In this document: piece by piece, positions 9,792 through 18,171 of the stretch
Position numbering within the stretch: the stretch's first letter is position 1
Layout of the letters: each line of letters starts with the position of its first letter
Virus record (IMG/VR): IMGVR_UViG_3300029893_000003
Location: 9,110 to 73,109 of that record
DNA from: a virus
DNA length: 64,000 bases
Direction: 5' to 3' (one strand)
Made by a program: the position numbers and the translations under genes
The notes under the pieces: model-generated
The model's input: only the letters and a program-made list of their open reading frames with translations
Told to the model about the DNA's origin: nothing
Databases searched by the model: none

Positions 9792-10061
9792 ATGTGGTTA
9801 ATGCCCACCCTTTACTACCATCCCCGCCGAGGGGGAAAGGCGACGAAAGTGGCAGCAAACAGACTGGCAGTATTGGACACCATTCGAGAGCGCACAGAAG
9901 CAGAGACACCGCCGGAATGGATCAAGCCGCTGCTGATCATTGAGGCGCTGGTGACTGAGATTGACGCGCTCAAATCTGAGATCGAACTGCTGCGTGCCGA
10001 ACTGGGCAACCGTCCCGCCGAGGGCGCCAAGCCTGCGGACGTGTGGCCTGACCGCTGGTAG
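9792..10061 (+). CDS. Hypothetical protein
   Basis: AGGAG RBS; ORF in the cluster. Confidence 0.55.
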   Translation: MWLMPTLYYHPRRGGKATKVAANRLAVLDTIRERTEAETPPEWIKPLLIIEALVTEIDALKSEIELLRAELGNRPAEGAKPADVWPDRW

Positions 10062-10139
10062 CCGCATCTGTGCACAGTTCACACACAGCGCCCCGGTGTG
10101 TGCCGGGGCGCGTCACTTATCAGAATAGGAGTACTAAAC

Positions 10140-10637
10140 ATGAAAGGACTGGAGATGAAAAAGTACCAGCTTCGGCGGGCAATTCGGCAGACCTGCATTC
10201 TTTCGCCACCGCCGCCCCACAGCGAAACGGAGAAATACGACGCTTGGACGCTAGGGCGGCTGATCGACTACACAGCGAAGGAACTTGAGAAGCAGTTGCC
10301 CGCCTACGTCCGCAAGATGGAGTCGGTTGCTCATCCCGATCCGTCTCGCCCGCTGGTTGTCATGCCGCGAACTACATCCGCCATCCCGCTCACCGCCGAC
10401 GGATCGCCTGCCTTTCCCGAACCAGAACGGATACGCCGATACGACACGGTGCTGCCGAAACGGTTTGTTGTACGCTCCGGGGATGGCCCGGCGCTCAATG
10501 TCTTCATCGGCTATTCATCGCTCATGGAGACGGTCTACTTCTTTCGCGTCAAACGGTTACTCGACGAGGCGACGATCCGCCGCCCAACATGGAAGGGGCG
10601 CAAAACACCCCTCAACCGCGAACTGCCCTACGCCTGA
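10140..10637 (+). CDS. Hypothetical protein
   Basis: AGGAG RBS before MKGLEM; followed by a terminator. Confidence 0.6.
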   Translation: MKGLEMKKYQLRRAIRQTCILSPPPPHSETEKYDAWTLGRLIDYTAKELEKQLPAYVRKMESVAHPDPSRPLVVMPRTTSAIPLTADGSPAFPEPERIRRYDTVLPKRFVVRSGDGPALNVFIGYSSLMETVYFFRVKRLLDEATIRRPTWKGRKTPLNRELPYA

Positions 10638-10664
10638 CCGCATCTGTAAACAGTTGCCAGATAG

Positions 10665-10688
10665 AGCGCCCCAACCGGGGCGCTTTTT
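10665..10688 (+). terminator. Rho-independent terminator
   Basis: AGCGCCCC-aacc-GGGGCGCT-TTTT. Confidence 0.8.
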
Positions 10689-10745
10689 GCTTATGCGAAT
10701 CGACCGTTGCAAAACCCACCAGTCTCTTATGAGTGATGTCATCAG

Positions 10746-13148
10746 TTAACTCTCGCTGTAGGATACCCATGCGCTAATGAGAGATTGCAGCGTCGCAAAA
10801 TGTGCGTCTGCAATTGCCTGTTTCGTGCGAAGGTCCGCGATTGATGAGACAACCACCGCTCTAATCCCATCAATCGCCTCGCGGATTTGGTCAGTAGTGA
10901 CACCCAGGTTGGTGCTAAGGTCCAAGCTGGTCCATTGGGTCGGATTAGTGCCAGTGAGTTCTTTGGGTGACATAAAATAACTGTTCGTTACCGCAGAGGT
11001 CACAGAGCCGGTTAAAGAGCCGATTAGCGTATCGGTTATTGTCTGATTGCTGCCAGTGCCTGCCAGGACCGCGATCCCGGTACTCGACCATACAATATTT
11101 TTTTGAAAGGTGCCGTTGTCCCCATCAATGACCATGCCACACAGCACGTCGCCCAGGAAGTTTCCTCGCACCTTACCATAGGTAGGATCGTGCCAAAAAT
11201 GGATAGCATATCCCTCTCCGCCGATGAAGATATTTTCTTCGATCAGCGGCTCATCTTCCGCCTGGGTTATGTCATGATTAGTGTAATAAAGCGAGTGGTA
11301 ATGGACTCCGCTACCGCACTCAATGAAACGGTTGCGATAGATATGGACGCGGGTAAAGTCTGAACCAAGACACTCCCAAAAACCGAAGAAGGTGTTGTAC
11401 CGGACTACGCAATCAGGCTTTACATGCACGTGCTGGTTGGGGGTTGCAGGTGCAGCAGCCTTAGCTCCCCCGATCCAACACCCTTCCAGCGTCGCCCCGC
11501 TATTTACAACTACAGTGGGCGCATAGCCATCAGTGCGAGTGATTATGGGCTTTGCTCCTGCTGCTGCCTTGAGCGTGCCGCCCGCTGGAATGTTAATATG
11601 ATAGCCGTTTACCGTAGTGGCCGGGTCGAGGGCATAGATTCCGTCGGCAAGCTCTACGATTCCCCCTGCCGCCAATTCCGCATAAGGGAAAACTTGATCG
11701 CCAGTCACGGACATCGGCTCCATCAAGACGGGGTCGGGCTGGGAGACGCCGCTACCGGGGCCAAGATAAAGCTGTGGGTTAGCGTAGGCCGAAGACGAGA
11801 TCGGATAACTTTGCAACCCTTCAGGTGATGTTTCTGCCGGGTATACCGCCGCGATTGCCGTTGCGGTATCCTGGTGCGACACATCCAAGATAGCACCGCG
11901 CGACGTCACCGTTTTTCCTGAGCGCGATAAAAAGCGGTGTTGTGTGCCTTCGCACATCACGTCGATGCCGGTCGGCGTCCCCACGTTCAGCACATCGGTC
12001 CATCCAGCAGGCACAATTTCAGAGCCGCCAACAACTTGTCGCACACAATAATCCCAGGCCGTATTTGTCTCGTTGCGCCGTATAATGGCTCTCCACTTAT
12101 TATCTTGATCACCAATGCGGTAGTCGATGGATACTTCTTCGCCTGCCGATGGGGCGTCATTGAGTACAAACGTAAAACGATGTATTGCGTCGGCTGACGC
12201 TTCATACTGCGATCCAGACACTGGCTCGGTTTCGTAGACGGTGGCAAGCCCGGCGTCCGAATTGAACGGCGCTCCAAGAGCAAGCACCGCAATTGAATCC
12301 ATCTCGAATTTGTCGTTGGTAGATGTTACTCTGGTATACACATCTCCAAGGTTGTAATCATAGTATCGCGGTTTAATTAAGGTGAGTTTTGAGGTGGTGC
12401 AATTAATGTATAATACCAAAGTGTCGGTATAAATCACCGCAAACCGACGCTGGTCGCTGTAATAGCCAGAGAAAGTCTCTAAAAAGGAGAGATAGGATGG
12501 TGAGATACGGTCTACCGGCACTCCCAACTTTTCGTTGCTAAATCCAACGCGCATGTTAGACCCGCCAGCGGTATAGTTCGTGCTAAATAATAGAGCTAAC
12601 CCAGGGACAAATGGGGTTGGGCTTGCGGTAGTCACTGATATGTTGGTGGTGGCAGTTTTCGCCAGTTTGCCATTGGCAATCGAGAGGTCAGGCGCTCCCG
12701 CATCGGAAAATTCTAAGACGCCGGGACCGGGTTCACTTGTGCGTGGTGTCGTTATCGGAGCCGCATCAGCGGTTGTAAACTCATCACGCAAAATATAGAG
12801 ATCGACGGCAAGGCTAAACTGAGTTGCCGCCTTGTTGGCATTACCAGCGAGATCGGTACACACCGCAGCAGGAATGTCTACGGTGACTATGCCAACATCA
12901 ATCGTTGGTGTGATCGTCGCTGTCCAGACGGTGTTATCTGCCGTGACAAAGTTTGACATCACGCAGTTGCCGAGCTTCACATCGCTGTACGCAAATCCGG
13001 TAACTTCATCGTCAAACGTGATAATAATCGTAAACGGCCCTTTGGTGGGCGCAACCGCATCGCTCGTAATCGTTACGGTCGGCCCGCTCACCCCCTGCGC
13101 CCCCCGGAACGCCGGATTGTTCAGCAGCAAACCCATCATTCCCGGCAT
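10746..13148 (-). CDS. Ig-like domain plus right-handed beta-helix protein (tail fibre/spike or surface depolymerase-like)
   Basis: N-terminal Big-like domain (PTVTITS...WTATITP...DLAGN); C-terminal parallel beta-helix repeats (NTF, NRF, ENIF, GNFL). Confidence 0.65.
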   Translation of the reverse strand: MPGMMGLLLNNPAFRGAQGVSGPTVTITSDAVAPTKGPFTIIITFDDEVTGFAYSDVKLGNCVMSNFVTADNTVWTATITPTIDVGIVTVDIPAAVCTDLAGNANKAATQFSLAVDLYILRDEFTTADAAPITTPRTSEPGPGVLEFSDAGAPDLSIANGKLAKTATTNISVTTASPTPFVPGLALLFSTNYTAGGSNMRVGFSNEKLGVPVDRISPSYLSFLETFSGYYSDQRRFAVIYTDTLVLYINCTTSKLTLIKPRYYDYNLGDVYTRVTSTNDKFEMDSIAVLALGAPFNSDAGLATVYETEPVSGSQYEASADAIHRFTFVLNDAPSAGEEVSIDYRIGDQDNKWRAIIRRNETNTAWDYCVRQVVGGSEIVPAGWTDVLNVGTPTGIDVMCEGTQHRFLSRSGKTVTSRGAILDVSHQDTATAIAAVYPAETSPEGLQSYPISSSAYANPQLYLGPGSGVSQPDPVLMEPMSVTGDQVFPYAELAAGGIVELADGIYALDPATTVNGYHINIPAGGTLKAAAGAKPIITRTDGYAPTVVVNSGATLEGCWIGGAKAAAPATPNQHVHVKPDCVVRYNTFFGFWECLGSDFTRVHIYRNRFIECGSGVHYHSLYYTNHDITQAEDEPLIEENIFIGGEGYAIHFWHDPTYGKVRGNFLGDVLCGMVIDGDNGTFQKNIVWSSTGIAVLAGTGSNQTITDTLIGSLTGSVTSAVTNSYFMSPKELTGTNPTQWTSLDLSTNLGVTTDQIREAIDGIRAVVVSSIADLRTKQAIADAHFATLQSLISAWVSYSES

Positions 13149-13200
13149 ATCGTCACCTCGCCCTCGCCTTTATTCGTTATGAGAATGGTCATTCTAAACA

Positions 13201-13662
13201 TTAGCTAATCAAGCTGTATTGTACTAGCAAATCAGTCTGATCTTCATCAGCACCAGTCGCATCAACAAACAAAAGGCGTACATACGGGAAAGGAAAAATC
13301 TCTGCCCACAAAACAAGCGCATTAGGCTCTCCTGCAACAAGAGTCATTTCAAATGGTGCGTCATTTGCAGTATCCATCAACGTAGCAAAGTTCGCAGGAT
13401 TACCATCTGTTGAAACTTGAACACGAAGAACACTACCCGCAATAAAATCGCCCGCAATTACAACACCCACAGAAGCCCATCCACGCTTGTCAATTACATC
13501 TGATACAGCACCATTAACAGTCATCACATTGTAGGGAGACATAAGACGGGCGGGAAGAACCGTTGCAGCATCTAGCCCCTCTCCTACAGAAGTAGCTGTA
13601 ATGTCTCCTGATCCTACAATAGTTACAGGATAGGCGTTACCTGCCAAAGTACCTCTGCTCAT
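13201..13662 (-). CDS. Hypothetical structural protein (beta-rich)
   Basis: ORF coupled to its neighbours in the late operon. Confidence 0.65.
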   Translation of the reverse strand: MSRGTLAGNAYPVTIVGSGDITATSVGEGLDAATVLPARLMSPYNVMTVNGAVSDVIDKRGWASVGVVIAGDFIAGSVLRVQVSTDGNPANFATLMDTANDAPFEMTLVAGEPNALVLWAEIFPFPYVRLLFVDATGADEDQTDLLVQYSLIS

Positions 13663-14240
13663 TATTCTTCTTCCTTTTCAGGTTCATCAATCCGAACTAT
13701 ATACGTAGAAGAAAAACTTCCTTCTTTGATATGAGGAACAGCAGTCATCGTAGAAATAATATTACCCGTAGAATCTATAAATTGAATCACTAACCCATCT
13801 TCCGTCGCCGTTCCTATGGTTTCTACTTTTTCGCCTACCTGCCGCAACAAAGCATCCGTCTGATCCGCCCGTTCTCTAATAAGTTCTTCTAATGTGTCTA
13901 GCTTTTTGTCATAAGACGCAGTTACAGAGGTAATTAATCCAGTAAGCGCACCCAAATTTTCACTAACCGTACTTAATACTTTCGTGTTAGCTTGATAAGC
14001 TAACCGAACAAGCTTTCCTTCTGCTATACTTTCTGCCACCAAATCAGTGAGGGTTTGTTCTAGTCGAATCTGTTTTTCTTCTAGCCCTATTCTAGCAGAA
14101 TCCTCTTTACTTTTGCTGGTTGCTTGATGATAAATTGTTCTCGCCAACCACAGCATAATAACTACTAAAGCTCCCGCTAAACCCCCCTCTAAATTTGAAT
14201 CATCGATTCCCAAGAAGTGGTCGCCAAGTAGGAAATACAT
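13662..14240 (-). CDS. Membrane-anchored coiled-coil protein
   Basis: N-terminal TM helix (GGLAGALVVIMLWL) followed by a coiled coil. Confidence 0.6.
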   Translation of the reverse strand: MYFLLGDHFLGIDDSNLEGGLAGALVVIMLWLARTIYHQATSKSKEDSARIGLEEKQIRLEQTLTDLVAESIAEGKLVRLAYQANTKVLSTVSENLGALTGLITSVTASYDKKLDTLEELIRERADQTDALLRQVGEKVETIGTATEDGLVIQFIDSTGNIISTMTAVPHIKEGSFSSTYIVRIDEPEKEEE

Positions 14241-14251
14241 GAATAACTCCT

Positions 14252-14279
14252 AGAGGGGGGTAGTTTAATACCCCCCTCT
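14252..14279 (-). terminator. Stem-loop immediately downstream of the capsid gene (terminator or stabiliser)
   Basis: AGAGGGGGGTA...TACCCCCCTCT inverted repeat. Confidence 0.55.
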
Positions 14280-14296
14280 GATTACTAGATTTATAT

Positions 14297-15766
14297 CTAA
14301 CTCGTCAAGTTGTATGGCGCATTATCCCGAACCAACACACCACCATTCACAAAGTAGTGATCGTCAGGATGCGGCATACGCATTGCCTTGAGCGGCGTGT
14401 ACAGGACATTCTGTAGACGAGCCGCCAAGTGCGGAGTCTGAAGGCGAAGGCGCGGTTCAATCTTGGCAGTCCACGACACACACCAGTTGGTGCGGCTGAA
14501 CGTCCACAAGAACCGACCCCCATCCGTCCAAAATTCGTTGTTCAAACGCCCATCAGCAATACCCTGCATCACGCCATTAGCGGCAGAGAAGTCAAAGTAT
14601 TCAAAGTACAACACCGGACGAGAACCACGAACCGTAAACGGAAGCAGATAAATATCACTCGAAAAAGAACCAGCCGGAACATTCGCGTTTTCCGCATTAG
14701 TGTCAATAGGCATATAGTCATCGACAATCACCGGAATACGCATACCGTCAAGCTCAAGATAGTTCCCATTATACATTGCATCAGACATGGCACGCATCGC
14801 CATAGCATCAACATTGCTGCTAGGGGCACCATTGGGAAGATCGCCAGCCTGACCACAACGACCCGTCGCGTAAACGCAAGGCCAGTAATCAGTGAGAATA
14901 CGGAACAAAGCTTCTGGCATCACCAGCGCCCACTGTACCGGATTCATCCCCATCGTAGTCGCATTATGCTTTACATAGCGCCACATCGTTTGCAACGTAT
15001 AAAACAGACTATAAGTTGAATCTTCAGCTGAAGCGTAGTTGAAATCAACAATGTATGAGTCAAGCGACGGACAGGACGTTCCCGTAATCACATCGGTATG
15101 TCCCGTCTTCACCAACGATTCAAGACCAAAAAATTCCTTATAACCACCACCAGCTGTATTGTTAACCGGAGTACCCGTCCACAGCATCTTGCTAAGCTTG
15201 TTCTCAAACGCCACGCCAAGCATCAGCCAACGAGCAAGAACCTCTCGGTTCAATACTGAAGCAGTTGAGTTAGGAACACTGTCAGGAACGAAAAACCCCT
15301 GATCCAGAAGCGGATCGTTAACAAGCTGAAGGTCCATAAACTCGCCACGATTGGTGCGACGGCCCACGGTATTCAGTTCAAGAGGTTCTGTCTTGCGACT
15401 CACCCGCCCAAAAACCGTACCCTGCATACAGCTTTTAATCTCGCCAGCTTCCGGCGGCTCGTCACAGACACCGTCGGCTTCATCACCAGTCTCATCTGTA
15501 AAGCCAGTCAGATATGCCTGAATAGGATTGGTATCGACCGTACCGAACGAAGGAAGCACAGCGCCAAGCCCCGTCCCACGAACACGAGTCGAAAACACAT
15601 CCCGTTCGACACCCGGCACACCAAAAATTCCGGTTGGCCCGTGCATATAATTGGTCGTCAAACTAAATCCAGCAGGAAGATCGTGCTTGTAACCGACGCT
15701 CTTATCCTGCATCTGACTCAGTTTGGAAAATGCACTAGCCAGTTCCGCGTAATCAATGTTTCCCAT
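14297..15766 (-). CDS. Major capsid protein
   Basis: 489 aa; follows portal, head morphogenesis and protease/scaffold; biased high-expression codons; downstream hairpin. Confidence 0.75.
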   Translation of the reverse strand: MGNIDYAELASAFSKLSQMQDKSVGYKHDLPAGFSLTTNYMHGPTGIFGVPGVERDVFSTRVRGTGLGAVLPSFGTVDTNPIQAYLTGFTDETGDEADGVCDEPPEAGEIKSCMQGTVFGRVSRKTEPLELNTVGRRTNRGEFMDLQLVNDPLLDQGFFVPDSVPNSTASVLNREVLARWLMLGVAFENKLSKMLWTGTPVNNTAGGGYKEFFGLESLVKTGHTDVITGTSCPSLDSYIVDFNYASAEDSTYSLFYTLQTMWRYVKHNATTMGMNPVQWALVMPEALFRILTDYWPCVYATGRCGQAGDLPNGAPSSNVDAMAMRAMSDAMYNGNYLELDGMRIPVIVDDYMPIDTNAENANVPAGSFSSDIYLLPFTVRGSRPVLYFEYFDFSAANGVMQGIADGRLNNEFWTDGGRFLWTFSRTNWCVSWTAKIEPRLRLQTPHLAARLQNVLYTPLKAMRMPHPDDHYFVNGGVLVRDNAPYNLTS

Positions 15767-15792
15767 TAGTTATCTCCACCTATCGATCAGGA

Positions 15793-16905
15793 TTATTCAA
15801 TCCCTAGATGTTGCCAAAAACCAACCTGCAAAACGGACGGGGTATCAGAAGTTTCTTTTTCCTCTACCTTTCCCTCACGCTTTTGCTTGAGACGATCAAC
15901 AAGCTCCTGATCACTTTCCTCTTCTTTAGTAAAGGCTTGTGGCATATACTGACGCCATGAACGGGCCGTAAACGCCTCTGCAATCTTCTCGTCTTCAGAC
16001 TTACTCTGCTGCTTTTCGATAACAGCAATCTTTTCAGTAAGAGAATTAATTGCCTGCCCGTAGCTTTCTAGCACTTCAGCAAGCTCCTCAATATTGAGGG
16101 CCTTATAAACGCGAGTGTAGACAGCCTGAAAAGGCTCATCAGGAACTTCCTCTTCCGAAGGAGCTTCTTCTACAGAGTCATTAGCAACTTCCTCTGCCGG
16201 AGTCTCTTCGGCAACTTCTTCCGCGTCAGAACTTTCTTCCATTTCCTTGAAAGGAATAATACGATCCAAAATTTCGGAAGCCTGAATTAGATTCTCTTCC
16301 GCCATCTTTTCGTATTCTTCTCCAAAGATTTGACGCAACCAGTTCCGACGCGCCGAACTAAGCTCTTTCCCCATTACAAAATCTCCATAAAATGTTGGTT
16401 GTGTGAGGACGTTTGCCGCCCACTCATCCGGTAATATTGTGAACTCAAAGCTTCTATATTTCGAAATTATTTTATCATCAATTTCCAAAACAATAAAACC
16501 ATGAGACATACCTAATGAATATTCATTGTTTAGTAGCTTGTTTACAATAGGTTCTTGTTCTGGATATATCTTGCCTAATACCAGCGCAAAGCGCCCGAAA
16601 ACTTCTACCTGCAAAACCTCTCCAATAGAAAATCCTTTGAAGACAGTTTTTGTAAATTCATTAAATTCTTCAGTGGATAATGAACCAGACTCATGCAACA
16701 AAAATGCAGTGTACCAGATTCGATCCGGTATCTTAGGTGCGTGCATGATCGTGATCTGTGGGACAAAGCCTGTTTCTTCAATCCACTGTTTGTAGTTAAT
16801 GTGGGATTCCTGAGATAGAATATCCCCTTCTCGATCCACATAACTATTAGAGTAGATTCCTAGAAAATAGCTTTCGCCATTAACCTTAAATATAATAGGC
16901 CTCAT
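15793..16905 (-). CDS. Prohead protease with acidic/coiled scaffold-like C-terminus
   Basis: SNSYVDREGDIL and LGMSHGF motifs typical of HK97-like maturation proteases; directly upstream of the capsid gene. Confidence 0.7.
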   Translation of the reverse strand: MRPIIFKVNGESYFLGIYSNSYVDREGDILSQESHINYKQWIEETGFVPQITIMHAPKIPDRIWYTAFLLHESGSLSTEEFNEFTKTVFKGFSIGEVLQVEVFGRFALVLGKIYPEQEPIVNKLLNNEYSLGMSHGFIVLEIDDKIISKYRSFEFTILPDEWAANVLTQPTFYGDFVMGKELSSARRNWLRQIFGEEYEKMAEENLIQASEILDRIIPFKEMEESSDAEEVAEETPAEEVANDSVEEAPSEEEVPDEPFQAVYTRVYKALNIEELAEVLESYGQAINSLTEKIAVIEKQQSKSEDEKIAEAFTARSWRQYMPQAFTKEEESDQELVDRLKQKREGKVEEKETSDTPSVLQVGFWQHLGIE

Positions 16906-17438
16906 TTTAAAACCGCTTTCACTATGATTGTTTTAACTCCCAAAACCACCTGCTTATGAATCTTGTTGACAATAAACCCCTCAAAATCTCTTGCCTCAAT
17001 TCCAGGCCACCAAACAGAAGTTCGTCCTTTAACTACTGGACCATAGTATAGCCCACCCCCTGATATTCCCCAGCGACCCCCAGGCTGAGTCCTTGCTCGA
17101 TAACCCTGTTGGTAGATGAGATAGGGCGCTCTTCGTGCATAAATCTGGTGGCCTGCCACCCCACGACTGATATAGACCCACTTCATACGATTAAACCCGC
17201 CTACCGGATAGACGTAAATCGACATAAACGAGCCACCATAAAACGTAAAGGTGCTTCTAAAAAATGGCTTATTTCGCCAGCCCGTCACTGTCAGATATAA
17301 CCAGTTACGAATCAACTCCTTAACTGGTCCTTTGAGGTAGACAGCTAAATCCTTCTCTATCCGATCCCACTTTCTAGTAATATATCCAGCAGGTAGATAG
17401 ATAGGAATAATCGTAGCATTTTTAAGTCGTGAGGCCAT
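16902..17438 (-). CDS. Basic virion morphogenesis protein (neck/tail-completion-like)
   Basis: Basic protein with HQIYARRAPYL...WWPGIEAR pattern; operon position. Confidence 0.45.
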   Translation of the reverse strand: MASRLKNATIIPIYLPAGYITRKWDRIEKDLAVYLKGPVKELIRNWLYLTVTGWRNKPFFRSTFTFYGGSFMSIYVYPVGGFNRMKWVYISRGVAGHQIYARRAPYLIYQQGYRARTQPGGRWGISGGGLYYGPVVKGRTSVWWPGIEARDFEGFIVNKIHKQVVLGVKTIIVKAVLK

Positions 17439-18171
17439 GAACTTCTACCTTACTAAATGTATATGGGCTTTCTGCTTCATGATCTAAACAAACAACACAA
17501 TTTTCCGCCGAAGGATTTACGTTCCAATAAACGTAATAATTATCCTCATCTTCATCTACTTCCAACCAGCATTTGCACAACGATTTTCCAAGACAGTCGT
17601 CACCTGGGAGATAAGGCATCATAAAAGTAATATCGACAGGAATAGTGCCCGCTATAAACGGTGCTCTGGCATACCCATACAGAGAAGAACGCCACTGTAG
17701 ACGACCACTATAAATTACTCCGCTAGACAACGCCTCACGAATGTCTGCCTCAAATCCATCGAAGTATTCATATTCCCTCTCTAAACGCTGTTCTAAGATT
17801 TCCCTGTGCCGTTCAGTAAATTCCTCTCCTTGCAAACCCAACAGCATAAGATCAGAAAAATGGATACGCAGACGATCTCTAAACCGCTCCGAAAATTCCC
17901 TTATTGATAAGGCTCCCGACAAAACAGCGACCAGCAATTCCTGAAATTCTTGGGATGCCTCTTCACAAAGTTCTTCGTATTCCTGTTCGTCCCGCTCATC
18001 ATACTGCTTCTTTCCTTTACCAGCAGCATGTATGCACGCGAAAATAGCCTCTTCTTCAGACCCGCCATCTCTCAAAACCGCATTAGCGGCTCTGATACAA
18101 CGTTTCTTTTCTGAGACTGTCCAATTCTTAGCAACTTTTGGCACGTAATTGGGATAACGATAGGGACTCAT
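17422..18171 (-). CDS. Head morphogenesis/minor capsid protein with a ChaB/YdaT-like N-terminal domain
   Basis: N-terminal 'KNWTVSEKKRCIRAANAVLRDGGSEEEAIFAC'; C-terminal YWNVNPSAENCVVC and C..CKC, like Mu gpF-type proteins; follows the portal. Confidence 0.55.
   Translation of the reverse strand: MSPYRYPNYVPKVAKNWTVSEKKRCIRAANAVLRDGGSEEEAIFACIHAAGKGKKQYDERDEQEYEELCEEASQEFQELLVAVLSGALSIREFSERFRDRLRIHFSDLMLLGLQGEEFTERHREILEQRLEREYEYFDGFEADIREALSSGVIYSGRLQWRSSLYGYARAPFIAGTIPVDITFMMPYLPGDDCLGKSLCKCWLEVDEDEDNYYVYWNVNPSAENCVVCLDHEAESPYTFSKVEVHGLTT

Noticed and set aside
14429-15019. 196-aa plus-strand ORF
   Set aside because: Antisense to the major capsid gene; explained by codon bias.
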